This document shows positions 49,701 to 63,162 of a stretch of 64,000 nucleotides of DNA, piece by piece. Numbering within the stretch: the first letter of the stretch is position 1; each line of letters starts with the position of its first letter. A model generated the notes under the pieces. That model did not search any database and was not told the origin of the DNA. It was given only the letters and a program-made list of their open reading frames with translations. Both the position numbers and the translations under genes were made by a program. The DNA is from Eledone cirrhosa (Eukaryota): positions 30,504,001 to 30,568,000 of the forward strand of contig OZ024742.1 in the NCBI GenBank assembly GCA_964016885.1. Direction: 5' to 3'.

Positions 49701-52700
49701 CTGTAGTGGCACACTGTGTGTATTGGGTGTCTTAAACCTGGTGGAGATGTAGTGGCACACTGTGTGTATTGGGTGTCTTAAACCTGGTGGTGCTGTAGTG
49801 GCACACTGTGTGTATTGGGTGTCTTAAACCTGGTGGAGATGTAGTGGCACACTGTGTGTATTGGGTGTCTTAAACCTGGTGGTGCTGTAGTGGCACACTG
49901 TGTGTATTGGGTGTCTTACACCTGGTGGTGCTGTAGTGGCACACTGTGTGTATTGGGTGTCTTAAACCTGGTGGAGATGTAGTGGCACACTGTGTGTATT
50001 GGGTGTCTTAAACCTGGTGGAGATGTAGTGGCACACTGTGTGTATTAGGTGTCTTAAACCTGGTGGTGCTGTAGTGGCACACTGTGTGTATTGGGTGTCT
50101 TAAACCTGGTGGAGATGTAGTGGCACACTGTGTGTATTGGGTGTCTTAAACCTGGTGGAGATGTAGTGGCACACTGTGTGTATTGGGTGTCTTAAACCTG
50201 GTGGTGCTGTAGTGGCACACTGTGTGTATTGGGTGTCTTACACCTGGTGGTGCTGTAGTGGCACACTGTGTGTATTGGGTGTCTTAAACCTGGTGGAGAT
50301 GTAGTGGCACACTGTGTGTATTGGGTGTCTTAAACCTGGTGGTGCTGTAGTGGCACACTGTGTGTATTGGGTGTCTTAAACCTGGTGGAGATGTAGTGGC
50401 ACACTGTGTGTATTGGTGTCTTAAACCTGGTGGAGATGTAGTGGCACACTGTGTGTATTGGTGTCTTAAACCTGGTGGAGCTGTAGTGACACACTGTGTG
50501 TATTGGGTGTCTTAAACCTGGTGGTGCTGTAGTGGCACACTGTGTGTATTGGGTGTCTTAAACCTGGTGGGGATGTAGTGGCACACTGTGTGTATTGGGT
50601 GTCTTAAACCTGGTGGAGATGTAGTGGCACACTGTGTGTATTGGGTGTCTTAAACCTGGTGGAGATGTAGTGACACACTGTGTGTATTGGTGTCTTAAAC
50701 CTTGTGGTGCTGTAGTGGCACACTGTGTATTGGGTGTCTTAAACCTGGTGGAGATGTAGTGACACACTGTGTGTATTGGGTGTCTTAAACCTGGTGGAGC
50801 TGTAGTGGCACACTGTGTGGATTGGTGTCTTAAACCTGGTGGTGCTGTAGTGGCACACTGTGTGTATTGGGTGTCTTAAACCTGGTGGAGCTGTAGTGGC
50901 ACACTGTGTGGGTTGGTGTCTTAAACCTGGTGGAGATGTAGTGGCACACTGTGTGTATTGGGTGTCTTAAACCTGGTGGTGCTGTAGTGGCACACTGTGT
51001 GTATTGGTGTCTTAAACCTGGTGGAGCTGTAGTGGCACACTGTGTGTATTGGGTGTCTTAAACCTGGTGGTGCTGTAGTGGCACACTGTGTGTATTGGTG
51101 TCTTAAACCTGGTGGAGATGTAGTGGCACACTGTGTGTATTGGTGTCTTAAACCTGGTGGTGCTGTAGTGGCACACTGAGTGTATTGGGTGTCTTAAACC
51201 TGGTGGTGCTGTAGTGGCACACTGTGTGTATTGGGTGTCTTAAACCTGGTAGATATGTAGTGGCACACTGTGTGTATTGGATGTCTTAAACCTGGTGGTG
51301 CTGTAGTGGCACACTGTGTGTATTGGGTGTCTTAAACCTGGTGGAGATGTAGTGGCACACTGTGTGTATTGGGTGTCTTAAACCTGGTGGTGCTGTAGTG
51401 GCACACTGTGTGTATTGGGTGTCTTACACCTGGTGGTGCTGTAGTGGCACACTGTGTGTATTGGGTGTCTTAAACCTGGTGGAGATGTAGTGGCACACTG
51501 TGTGTATTGGGTGTCTTAAACCTGGTGGTGCTGTAGTGGCACACTGTGTGGATTGGTGTCTTAAACCTGGTGGAGATGTAGTGGCACACTGTGTGTATTG
51601 GGTGTCTTAAACCTGGTGGTGCTGTAGTGGCACACTGTGTGTATTGGGTGTCTTAAACCTGGTGGAGATGTAGTGGCACACTGTGTGTATTGGTGTCTTA
51701 AACTTGGTGGAGATGTAGTGGCACACTGTGTGTATTGGTGTCTTAAACCTGGTGGAGATGTAGTGGCACACTGTGTGTATTGGTGTCTTAAACCTGGTGG
51801 AGCTGTAGTGACACACTGTGTGTATTGGGTGTCTTAAACCTGGTGGTGCTGTAGTGGCACACTGTGTGTATTGGGTGTCTTAAACCTGGTGGAGATGTAG
51901 TGGCACACTGTGTGTATTGGGTGTCTTAAACCTGGTGGAGATGTAGTGGCACACTGTGTGTATTGGGTGTCTTAAACCAGGTGGAGATGTAGTGACACAC
52001 TGTGTGTATTGGTGTCTTAAACCTTGTGGTGCTGTAGTGGCACACTGTGTATTGGGAGTCTTAAACCTGGTGGAGATGTAGTGACACACTGTGTGTATTG
52101 GGTGTCTTAAACCTGGTGGAGCTGTAGTGGCACACTGTGTGTATTGGTGTCTTAGACCTGGTGGAGCTGTAGTGGCACACTGTGTGGATTGGTGTCTTAA
52201 ACCTGGTGGTGCTGTAGTGGCACACTGTGTGTATTGGGTGTCTTAAACCTGGTGGAGCTGTAGTGGCACACTGTGTGGGTTGGTGTCTTAAACCTGGTGG
52301 AGATGTAGTGGCACACTGTGTGTATTGGGTGTCTTAAACCTGGTGGTGCTGTAGTGGCACACTGTGTGTATTGGTGTCTTAAACCTGGTGGAGCTGTAGT
52401 GGCACACTGTGTGTATTGGGTGTCTTAAACCTGGTGGTGCTGTAGTGGCACACTGTGTGTATTGGTGTCTTAAACCTGGTGGAGATGTAGTGGCACACTG
52501 TGTGTATTGGTGTCTTAAACCTGGTGGTGCTGTAGTGGCACACTGAGTGTATTGGGTGTCTTAAACCTGGTGGAGATGTAGTGGCACACTGTGTGTATTG
52601 GGTGTCTTAAACCTGGTGGTGCTGTAGTGGCACACTGTGTGTATAGGGTGTCTTAAACCTGGTAGAGATGTAGTGACACACTGTGTGTATTGGGTGTCTT

Positions 52701-53632
52701 AAACCTGGTGGTGCTGTAGTGGCACACTGTGTGTATTGAGTGTCTTAAACCTGGTGGAGATGTAGTGGCACACTGTGTGTATTGGGTGTCTTAAACCTGG
52801 TGGAGATGTAGTGACACACTGTGTGTATTGGGTGTCTTAAACCTGGTGGAGCTGTAGTGGCACTCTGTGTGTATTGGTGTCTTAAACCTGGTGGAGATGT
52901 AGTGGCACACTGTGTGTATTGGTGTCTTAAACCTGGTGGTCCTGTAGTGGCACACTGTGTGTATTGGGTGTCTTAAACCTGGTGGAGCTGTAGTGGCACA
53001 CTGTGTGTATTGGGTGTCTTAAACCTGGTGGTGCTGTAGTGACACACTGTGTGTATTGGGTGTCTTAAACCTGGTGGAGATGTAGTGACACACTGTGTGT
53101 ATTGGGTGTCTTAAACCTGGTGGAGATGTAGTGACACACTGTGTGTATTGGGTGTCTTAAACCTGCTAGAGATGTAGTGGAACACTGTGTGTATTGGTGT
53201 CTTAAACCTGGTGGAGATGTAGTGGCACACTGTGTGTATTGGGTGTCTTAAACCTGGTGGTGCTGTAGTGGCACACTGTGTGTATTGGGTGTCTTAAACC
53301 TGGTGGAGATGTAGCGGCACACTGTGTGGATTGGTGTCTTAAACCTGGTGGAGATGTAGCGGCACACTGTGTGTATTGGGTGTCTTAAACCCGGTGGAGA
53401 TGTAGTGGCACACTGTGTGTATTGGGTGTCTTAAACCTGGTGGTGCTGTAGTGGCACACTGTGTGTATTGGGTGTCTTAAACCTGGTGGAGCTGTAGTGG
53501 CACACTTTGTGTATTGGGTGTCTTAAACCTGGTGGTGCTGTAGTGGCACACTGTGTGTATTGGGTGTCTTAAACCTGGTGGTGCTGTAGTTGCACACTGT
53601 GTGTATTGGGTGTCTTAAACCTGGTGGAGATG
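37787..53632. repeat. Satellite array of 45/46-bp monomers, about 350 copies (15.8 kb)
   Basis: Monomer GTGTCTTAAACCTGGTGG(AGA/TGC/AGC)TGTAGTGGCACACTGTGTGTATTGG(G), head to tail, with no spacers and no interrupting insertions seen. Confidence 0.99.
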
Positions 53633-54363
53633 AGTGAGAGAGGAAAGAAGGGTGATATAGAGGTAAAAAAATCAATTCCTGTATTTAAATGGTACTTTAT
53701 CAACCTCAAGAGCGTGAAAGGAAAAGTTTACCTTATCAGGATTTGAACTCAATACTTAGTGAACTAGGACAAATGCCAAAATGAATTTTACTCCAACATT
53801 ATAATGATTCGACCGCATCATTGCCGCCTTAGTTTAATAGAATAGATACAACAGCATATCCTTACATGTTCTAAAACATGTTGGTGTTAGGAAGAGCATC
53901 TCGCTGTAAAACACTGCAACAGAAAGTCCCAGCCAAACCATAGCAGCCATGAAAAATATATGTAAAAATGTTGATGATGATGATGATGATGTAAGAAACC
54001 ATTATTAATACCCTCACCCCAACAAATTTAGGGCAGGGCACTGTACAAATTGACAGTAAATTGTAAGTCTTGTGAAATGCTACAACATAAATATATCAGC
54101 TCTTTGTCCTACCCTCCTTCTAGCTTATTAAGGGTAACTACTTGAGAATAAACTTTATACTTGGAATTCTTTCTTCTACTCATTTCATCGCAGTATATGT
54201 AGATTCTACTGTGTTTCTGGGTTCTCTGTTTCTTTGAGAAGGGTTGCTACCTTTAGCTTACTATTTCTTTGTGTTCTGGCGGGAAAAAAAAGAAATTTGA
54301 GCTGATGGTCTTTGTTGTCTGCATTTAAACAAAGGCATGAAAGAATTCACTGATATATCTTAC

Positions 54364-54470
54364 CAGGAATGTAATGCAAATATATTCAAAGGACAAGTAT
54401 TCAGCAACAGAAACACCACTTTATTTTACTCTTCACAATGTTGGTACAGCAAGCCAAATAAACTAAAAGT
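54364..54470 (-). other. Candidate exon of an unannotated spliced transcript
   Basis: Acceptor tttttttctag and donor CTG|gtaaga, then an 88-nt candidate intron ending tttcttttttttcccgccag at 54276. All three frames contain a stop. Confidence 0.35.
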
Positions 54471-54964
54471 CTAGAAAAAAATTTATGTAATTTTGTAGTA
54501 GGAAATGTTGAACTAAAAATTCTAAAGACCCAGTTTTCAGCAGCAACATTAGTGCATTTTTTTTTTTTTTTCCCTGCAACATTTAATTACAAGGACAAAT
54601 TACAAAAAAAAAAAAAGAAAATAATGGCTTACTCAGAATCCATTATAAAAACCGCCCCTCCCCATCCCAGCCAACATGAAAAACAAATAATTATTGTTAA
54701 TAATAACAATAAATGGTTTCTGATTTAAGCATCTGATAGGACCTGCTGAAAGGAGTGTTTGAGGACTTTGCTCCCCACAACCCTCACAGGAATAAGTGGG
54801 TTAAGAAGAAGAATGATTTCTAACTTTGGCTCAAGGTCAAGGTCAAACATATTTTGTGACCAAAATAAATCTCCCCAAACAATAAGGGTTTACAGAAAAT
54901 CCATTATAAAAAGGGACCTCCCTCCCCCACCACCACCACCAGGCATCATAAGAAACAAATAATA

Positions 54965-55950
54965 ATTTGGATTGGTAGTATCGGTAGAGGGTCGGACGCC
55001 ATGCTTTCTAGCATAGTTACGTCCCTTTACGATCTGAGTTCAAATCCCGCCGAGATTGACTTTGCCTTTCATCCTTACGGGGTCGATAAAATAAAGTACT
55101 AGTGAGGCACTGGGTAGTTGCTGGCCTTGTGCCTAAAGTAGAAACAATTATTATTAATAATAATAATAATTGTTTCTACTTTAGGCACAAGGCCAGCAAT
55201 TTTGTGGGGGAGGGCAAGTCGATTACATCGACCCCACTGTCTTACTGGTACTTTATTTTACCGACCCTGTAAGGATGAGAAGCAAAGCTAACCTCGCCAA
55301 GATTTGAACTCAAAACGTAAAAGGGCTGTAACTCTATGCTGCAAAGCATGTTGTCGGACGTTCTACCGATTCTGCCAATCCACCAATAATAATTTTCTAC
55401 TTTATTCGACCCTGTAAGGATGAAAGGCAAAGTTAACCTCGGCGGGATTTGAATTCAGAATGGCAAGGGCCGTAACTCTATGCATCAAAGCATGGCGACC
55501 AACTCTCTACCGATAAGCCAATTCACCAACTTTAAAATAATGGTTTCTTATATAGGCACAAGGCCAGCAATTTTGGGGGAGGGGACAGTCGATTAAATCG
55601 ACCCCAGTGTGTGACTGGTACTTTATTTTATTGACCCTGTAAGGATGAAAGGCAAAGTTAACCTTGGCGGGATTTGATGTCAGATCATAAAGGGCCGTAA
55701 CTCAATGCTGCAAAGCATGGCGTCCGACCCTCTACCGATACTGCCAATCCACCGCCTTAATAATAATAATAATTGTTTCTACTTTTGGCACAAGGCCAGC
55801 AATTACCAGTGTATTACTGGTACTTTATTTTATCGACCCCATAAGGATGAAAGGCAAAGTTAACCTCGGCGGGATTTGAACTCAGAATGGCAAGGGCCGT
55901 AACTGTATGCATCAAACCATGGCGTCCGACCCTCTACCGATACTATCAGT
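54965..55950. mobile_element. Cluster of five MetaSINE-like SINEs (one +, four -)
   Basis: ~54965-55150 (+); ~55170-55385, 55400-55525, 55540-55755 and 55770-55945 (-); joined through (TAA)n tails. Confidence 0.9.
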
Positions 55951-56069
55951 CCACTGACCAGCAATAATAATAATGATGATTTCTAACTTTGGCCCAAGGT
56001 CAAACATAAAAGAGCTATAACAATAATTTCTTCTTTATACAATTTATATGTCATTATGAAAATAATGGA

Positions 56070-57178
56070 GTGTGTTAAGAGGGAGTGAGAGGGAGTGGGT
56101 GTATGTGTGTTGAGAGAGTGTGTGTGTGGTAAGAGAGAGGCAAAGTGTGTGTGTTAAGAGGGAGTGTGTGCGTGTGTTAAGAGGGAGTGTGTGGGTGTGT
56201 TAAGAGAGAGGGAGTGTGTGTGTGTATGTGTTAGTGTGTGTGTTAAGGGAGAGAGTGTGTTAGTGTGTGTGTTAAGGAAGAGTGTGTGTGTATGTGTTAG
56301 TGTGTGTGTTAAGGGAGAGAGTGTGTTAGTGTGTGTGTTAAGGAAGAGTATGTGTGTATGTGTTAGTGTGTGTGTTAAGGGAGAGAGTGTGTTAGTGTGT
56401 GTGTTAAGGAAGAGTGTGTGTGTATGTGTTTGTGTGTGTGTTAAGGGAGAGAGTGTGTTAGTGTGTGTGTTAAGGAAGAGTATGTGTGTATGTGTTAGTG
56501 TGTGTGTTAAGGGAGAGAGTGTGTTAGTGTGTGTGTTAAGGAAGAGTGTGTGTGTATGTGTTAGTGTGTGTGTTAAGGGAGAGAGTGTGTTAGTGTGTGT
56601 GTTAAGGAAGAGTATGTGTGTATGTGTTAGTGTGTGTGTTAAGGGAGAGAGTGTGTTAGTGTGTGTGTTAAGGAAGAGTGTGTGTGTATGTGTTTGTGTG
56701 TGTGTTAAGGGAGAGAGTGTGTTAGTGTGTGTGTTAAGGAAGAGTATGTGTGTATGTGTTAGTGTGTGTGTTAAGGGAGAGAGTGTGTTAGTGTGTGTGT
56801 TAAGGAAGAGTGTGTGTGTATGTGTTAGTGTGTGTGTTAAGGGAGAGAGTGTGTTAGTGTGTGTGTTAAGGAAGAGTGTGTGTGTATGTGTTAAGGGAGA
56901 GAGTGTGTTAGTGTGTGTGTTAAGGAAGAGTGTGTGTGTATGTGTTAGTGTGTGTGTTAAGGGAGAGTGTGTGTGTATGTGTTAGTGTGTGTGTTAAGGG
57001 AGAGTGTGTGTGTATGCGTTAGTGTGTGTGTTAAGGGAGAGTGTGTGTGTGTGTTAAGGAAGAGTGTGTGTGTATGTGTTAGTGTGTGTGTTAATGGAGA
57101 ATGTGTGTGTATGTGTTAGTGTGTGTGTTAAGGGAGAGTGTGTGTGTATGTGTTAGTGTGTGTGTTAAGGGAGAGAGA
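56070..57178. repeat. 66-bp GT-rich minisatellite grading into shorter units
   Basis: aagggagagagtgtgttag recurs at 56245, 56311 and onward. Confidence 0.9.
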
Positions 57179-57364
57179 GGTTTTTCTCAACTATATTATC
57201 TCAACTACTGTGTCAGTATTTTGGGTGGAGTTAATGTATTTTATTTACAGTAACAGACTGTGAGGGGGGGGGGTCTTTTGTTTAGTTTGTTTTCTGTTTT
57301 CTTCCTTGAATGTTTTAACTATTTCTTGAGAGGATAAATGAGCTGGTCAATAAGATATGGGTAG

Positions 57365-58280
57365 AGTGAGTTGGGTGGTGGTAGTGGTGAGGGTAGACTT
57401 AGTTGGGTGGGTAGTGGTGGTGGTGGTGGTGGTGGTGGTGGTGAGGGTAGACTTAGTTGGGTGGGTAGTGGTGGTGGTGGTGGTGGTGGTGGTGGTGGTG
57501 GTGGTGGTGGTGGTGAGGGTAGACTTAGTTGGGTGGGTAGTGGTGGTGGTGGTGGTGGTGGTGAGGGTAGACTTAGTTGGGTGGGTAGTGGTGATGGTGG
57601 TGGTTGTGACGGTAAACCTAGTTGGGTGGGTAGTGGTGGTGAGGGTACAACTAGTTGGGTGGGTAGTGGTGGTGGTGGTGGTGGTGGTGAAGGTACACTT
57701 AGTTGGGTGGGTAGTGTGGTAGTGGTGGTGAGGGTACAACTAGTTGGGTGGGTAGTGGTGGTGGTGGTGGTGGTGAGGGTACAACTAGTTGGGCGGGTAG
57801 TGGTGGTGGTGGTGGTGGTGGTGAGGGTACACTTAGTTGGGTGGGTAGTGGTGGTGGTGGTGAGGGTACAACTAGTTGGGGTGGTGGTGGTGGTGGTGGT
57901 GGTGAGGGTACAACTAGTTGGGTGGGTAGTGGTGATGAGGGTACAGCCAGTTGGGTGGGTAGTGGTGGTGGTGGTGGTGTTGGTGGCGGCAGTGGTGGTG
58001 GTGTTGGTGGCGGCAGCAGTGGTGGTGGTGGTGGTGTTGGTGGCGGCAGCAGTGGTGGTGGTGGTTTGGTGGCAGCAGTGGTGGTGGTGTTGGTGGCGGC
58101 AGCAGTGGTGGTGGTGGTGGTGTTAGTGGCAGCAGTGGTGGTGGTGGGGGTGTTGGTGGCAGCAGTGGTGGTGGTGGTGTTGGTGATGTGTTGGCAGCAG
58201 TGGTGGTGGTGGTGGTGTTAGTGGTGGCAGCAGTGCTGGTGGTGGTGGTGTTGGTGGCAGCAGCAGTGGTGGTGGTGGTG
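57365..58280. repeat. Constant ~27-bp unit with variable (GGT)n, then a (GGT/GGC/AGC) microsatellite
   Basis: GAGGGTA(G/C)ACTTAGTTGGGTGGGTAGT repeated about 13 times, separated by GGT runs of variable length. Confidence 0.9.
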
Positions 58281-60067
58281 AAGTCAGCAGCCCCCACCCC
58301 ACGCTGTCATCTGTTCAGTTTTACCTAAGTGTCCTATGTTTTAGATTATTACCTCATTATTATAGTGTATATATTATTTACAATAATTATATCTACATTA
58401 TGTTTCAATCAGTTCTGTCTTCTGCCATCGTCAGGTGTTGTATTCCATGTTATATATGATATGATATGGAGCCATAATTCCTGAGCGAGTTGTAGAGGCA
58501 CTATATTGACATAATTTCAAACCAAACTGTGGTCTTTTATTATTTCTAAACTAAAACTACTACAGTGATTACACATATTCATACATTTCTCCTCTTTTGC
58601 ATTGATTTTGTTTTAAGTGACAGAATATCTATGTTTATGCAACACAATTTAATTTAGTTTAATTCTGTACCCATAAACAAATGTTTGTTTCAACATTCTT
58701 ATGCTTCGTTGGTGTGGAAGAACAGGTCAATATGAACTCAATTGCTTTTGCTTTCACATTACCTCGATCCTACTTACTTTCCTTTTAGTTCTTTCTATCA
58801 TGTATAATGGAAAACCTAGATATTAGATATGTAATTGATTTCCTATGAACTTGTTAATCCATACAAGTGAAACATAAGGATGTTGAAATGGGTGTTTGTC
58901 TATGGATACAGAATTTAAAGAAAGATAAAATTAGTCTCAATTATATTTAGTTGTATAAACAGAGATTTCTGTCACTTGAAAAACATCAATAAAAGAGAGA
59001 GGAAATATTTTGCTTTCTTATTAACTTCATGTATTAACCAATCAGAGACCCACATATATTAATGAAATCTTTACAGCCAGACTAACTGGTTATTACATAC
59101 AAAACCATTTTGCTGGTTTGAGAGCCGATGAGGGTGAAGATGTGTGTGTGTGTAAACTTGTCTTGTACAACACCTTTCTTTATGTCCTTCTTCCAGTCAT
59201 TTCTATACACCAACACACTTCTTCTTCTTCTTCTTCTTCTTTTCCTCTGTCAATCTTTTCTATATTTCATCTACCTGTCACCCACCTTGTGGATTGTCTC
59301 TCTATTGACCACTGGCCACTTGTCTTTGTCCTCTGAGGCATTTTTGCCCATTTCTGTCATTGACAACATTTAGCTGTTCTAGCAATGAGTTTTCTCATTT
59401 TTATATGTATATAAAGATCATCATTTAATGTCTGTTCACCCAGCTATAATCTTCACAACAAGGCGAATAGTGAGTCTATAGACTTATTAGTGGAATGAAC
59501 CTCTGTCAGATTTGATGACAAATGTTCCAGTTGTTAGATCAATGGAACAGCCTGCTCAGGAATTTAACGTGTAAGTGGCTGAGCATTCCACAAGAACCTA
59601 TAACAATTCCCAGAGAGATTCAGTGTATGTGACAAGACTGACCCTTTGAATTACAGATACAACCCATTTTGTAATACAGTCTAAGTGTCTGAGGATTCCA
59701 CAGACGTAATTTACAGGGAGATTCAGCATAACACATTGTGTGACAAGGCCTGCCCTTTGAACTACAGCTACAGTCCATCTTGTATCATAAAGTGGCTGAG
59801 TATTCCACTAATATGTGTACATTTAATGTAATTCTCAGGGAGATTCAGCATGACACAGTGTGTGACAAGACCGGCCCTTTGAACTACAGGTGGTCCATCC
59901 AACAGGCTTCCAAACAGTTTCTGTCTACCCAATTTCCCTCACAAGGCATGGGTTGATCCGAGGCTGTGGTAAATGACTCTTAGCCAAGATATCATGCAGA
60001 GGGATTGATCCTAGGACCTTATGATCTTGAAGGGAACTCCTTAATGTGCTGACTTGACCAGATCTAA

Positions 60068-60265
60068 AGGGTGGAAGGACAGAGAGAGTGTGGATAGGAC
60101 GGAGAGATGCAGAAGAGAGTGTGGATGGAAGGATGGAAAGATGCGGAAGAGAGTGGATGGAAAGACAGATAGATGCGGAAGAGAGTGGATGGAAGGATGG
60201 AGAGATGCGGAAGAGAGTGTGGATGGAAGGACGGAGAGACGCAGAAGAGAGTGTGGATGGAAGAA
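60068..60265. repeat. Purine-rich ~32-34-bp minisatellite
   Basis: ggatggaaggacggagagatgcggaagagagtgt units. Confidence 0.8.
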
Positions 60266-61067
60266 AGGTGCTCAGTCTTCAATTTATTATAAACTTCCTG
60301 TTAATGATAAACAACCTAAGTTAATTGATTAGCTCTACTGTCTCTGTATGTGTGTGTCGTCACTGACTCTATCTCTCACTATTATAAGCAAATGGTGGCC
60401 CACGCGGTGGCAGACCTGTGGCCCTGGCAAACAGAATAGAGAAGGCATTTCCCCCAGAGGATGGTGAGGAAGAAACGCTGGAACAGCAGACCTTAACTAT
60501 TTAGCCATGTCTTAACTGTAAGACCAACAGGGATTCATGTGGGCATGGTGATATATAAGGATAGGGAGAGAGAGGGTGACACAGAGGGAAGGGGAGAAGG
60601 AGAGACATATAGAGAGGGTGACACAGAGGGAAGGGGAGAAGGAGAGACATATAGAGAGGGTGACACTGAGGGAAGGGGAGACATAGAGGGAGAAGGAGAG
60701 GGAGGGTGGGAGAGAAGGAGAGACAGAGAGGGAGGGAGATGTGGTTTAAATACTGGAAAAAGAAATGAGTGAGGTGCAGAGAGTGAAGAGAAGGAGAGAG
60801 AGAGAGAGAGCATGAAATAGTGCAGTGTTAAAAGAGAGGAGGAAAGTAATGGGTTTAGAAAAAGAGAGAGAGTAGGGGGAGGGGTCTGTGCAGATACTTG
60901 AAAGAGGGCAAAGGGAATGAGTGGAAGGGGGTGGGGGTAGATAAGAGTGAGACAGGGTGTGTACCAGGGTGGGGGGGGGGCAGGGATGTAGATAAGACAT
61001 ACAGGGTGGCCAGTAGAGGGGGAGCAACATAAAATATTGCTAGCACATGCATATACGCATGCATATT

Positions 61068-62005
61068 GGTGACATACACGTACATACACATACATACACA
61101 TACTCACATACATACACATACACATACTGACATACACATACATGTACATACACACACTGACACACATGTACACACACTGACATACACACATACACACACT
61201 GACGTACACATACTGACATACACATACACATACTGACATACACATACATACACACAGTAACATACACATACTGACATACACATACACACACTGAGATACA
61301 CATACACACACTGACACACATGCACACACTGACACACATACACACACTGACATACAGATACACACACACTGACATACATATACTGACATACACACACTGA
61401 CATACACATACTGACATACACATACATACACTGACATACACACACTGACATACATATACTGACATACACACACTGACATACACATACTGACATACACATA
61501 CATACACTGACATACACACACTGACATACATATACTGACATACACATACTGACATACACGTACACAGGCATATCTCTCCTCTCTATTCCTTACCATCCCC
61601 TCCCTCTCTCTATATTAAACCATGTGTACCCTTTCCATTGAGGTTTCTACAGTTGGTATATATATATATGTCTTTGTGTGTGTATGTCTGTGTGTATCTG
61701 AGTGTATCTGTGTGTGTGAGAGTGTGTCTGTGTGTATCTGTGTGTGTCTGAGTGTGTGCGTGCGTGAGTGTCTGTGTATATCTGTGTGTGTGAGAGTGTG
61801 TCTGTGTGTATCTGTGGGCCTGTGTGTATCTGAGTGTGTCTGTGTGTGTGTGTGTATCTAAGTGTGTCTGTGTGTTTGTATATATCTATGTGTCTGTATA
61901 TATCTGTGTGTGTCTGAGTGTGTCTGTTTGTATCTGTGTATATTTGTGTGTGTCTGTGTGTATTTGTGTGTATCTGTGTTTATATGAGTGTATCTTTGTG
62001 TGTGT
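61068..62005. repeat. Two degenerate microsatellite blocks (ACATACACACTG-type and TGTGTATC-type)
   Basis: Visible directly at 61068-61562 and 61670-62005. Confidence 0.9.
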
Positions 62006-62204
62006 ACATATAAGTGACCTGTCCAGGGGGAGATAACTCTAGTATGACCTTATTTGGTCCAATATTCTCACTCTAATTTGTCAGCATGGATGACATACAA
62101 ATTGATGAAATGTTATATATGTTCATACAATTTATCAATGGTCTCTCCTCTATTTATTGAAGCAACCATAGGAGAAATACTTAACTAGGAGTATAAGCCT
62201 CTCT

Positions 62205-62350
62205 GCCTAACATTCATAGAAGGTCTTTGACAGAGTGTCATGTTCTGTAATTTGGTAAGTGCTCAGGAAACTAGGGGTACATGGATGGTCTATCAAGGCT
62301 GTCCAAGTCCTGTACAAGGAAGCACTAAGAAATGTGAGGGTGAGGGTAAA
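62205..62350 (+). mobile_element. Ancient RTE RT fragment
   Basis: KVFDRVSCSVIW*VLRKLGVHGWSIKAVQVLYK resembles KAFDRVPRSIIWWALRKLGVDEWLVRAIQ. Confidence 0.7.
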
Positions 62351-62527
62351 CAATAAATACATTATTCCTATCACTTCTACGGACCAACACACTCCTAGCT
62401 GCTCATTTCTGTCCTTTGAGGTAAATTTTACCTGATGCCATCATTAACAACATTTTTGCTGTTTTAGCAGCTATTCTTGTGCTCAGTTTTTCTCATTATT
62501 CCATGAATAAATAAATATATATATATA

Positions 62528-63162
62528 TCATCATCATCATCATCGTTTAACGTCCATATTCCACGCTTGCATGGGTTTGGACGGGGGTTTTCCCACTTGA
62601 GGCAAGAGTGGTTGTCTTGCTCACATAGGACTGTCTGGCGGGTTTTCTACAGCTGGATGCCCTTCCCAACACCAACCACGTTTACAGTGTGGGACTGGGA
62701 GGTTTTTACCGTGTTACCTACACGGCCACATTACAGCGTGGACTGTGTGTTTTTTTATCGTGACACCTACATGACCTCATTTGTTTCGGGCTGGATGTTG
62801 TGGTACCAACATAACTTTACATTGAAAGGGGTGGTGTGGATGGGGTGGGGTAGTGGGATGGGGTGTATTTTGTTAGAGGTGCCTACTGACTGAAGTAGGT
62901 TTCACTTTGTACTTAGGTAAGGCGGGTCTTCTCTATTACTGTGTAGCGCCAAAGATCTCGGTCCAGTGACATTGTCTTGGAGAGGTGTAAGTGTGTGAGG
63001 TCAGAATTTATCAAGTCGTCCCAGGTTTTTCTGGGTCTGCCTACTCCGTGGCTACCGTCTATTTTTATTGCCCTGCACTTTTTTATACAGCTGTCGTCTT
63101 TCATGCGCATCATGTGACCATACCAACGTAGTCTTCTCTCGAGTAAACAACATCTGATCCCT
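62528..63162 (-). mobile_element. 5'-truncated RTE LINE within (TA)n
   Basis: ORF 62913-63113, full 3' UTR and tail; (TA)n on both sides. Confidence 0.93.

Noticed and set aside
37787-53632. CRISPR-like array, or Cys-rich repeat proteins (CLKPGGDVVAHCVYW)n and (TRFKTPIHTVCHYIS)n
   Set aside because: No unique spacers and no cas genes in a eukaryotic context. ORFs appear only where 45-bp monomers run consecutively and break at each 46-bp monomer.
57365-57965. Repeat-spacer pattern and Gly-rich ORFs
   Set aside because: The spacers are only (GGT)n; the ORFs are low-complexity artefacts without splice or start support.
60389-60504. GC-rich segment as a plus-strand terminal exon (NGGPRGGRPVALANRIEKAFPPEDGEEETLEQQTLTI*)
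   Set aside because: Weak acceptor, no recognisable domain and no partner exons found; not supportable without RNA data.
56164-62036. Cys/Val-rich ORFs of up to 353 aa
   Set aside because: Translations of GT/CA-based repeats.
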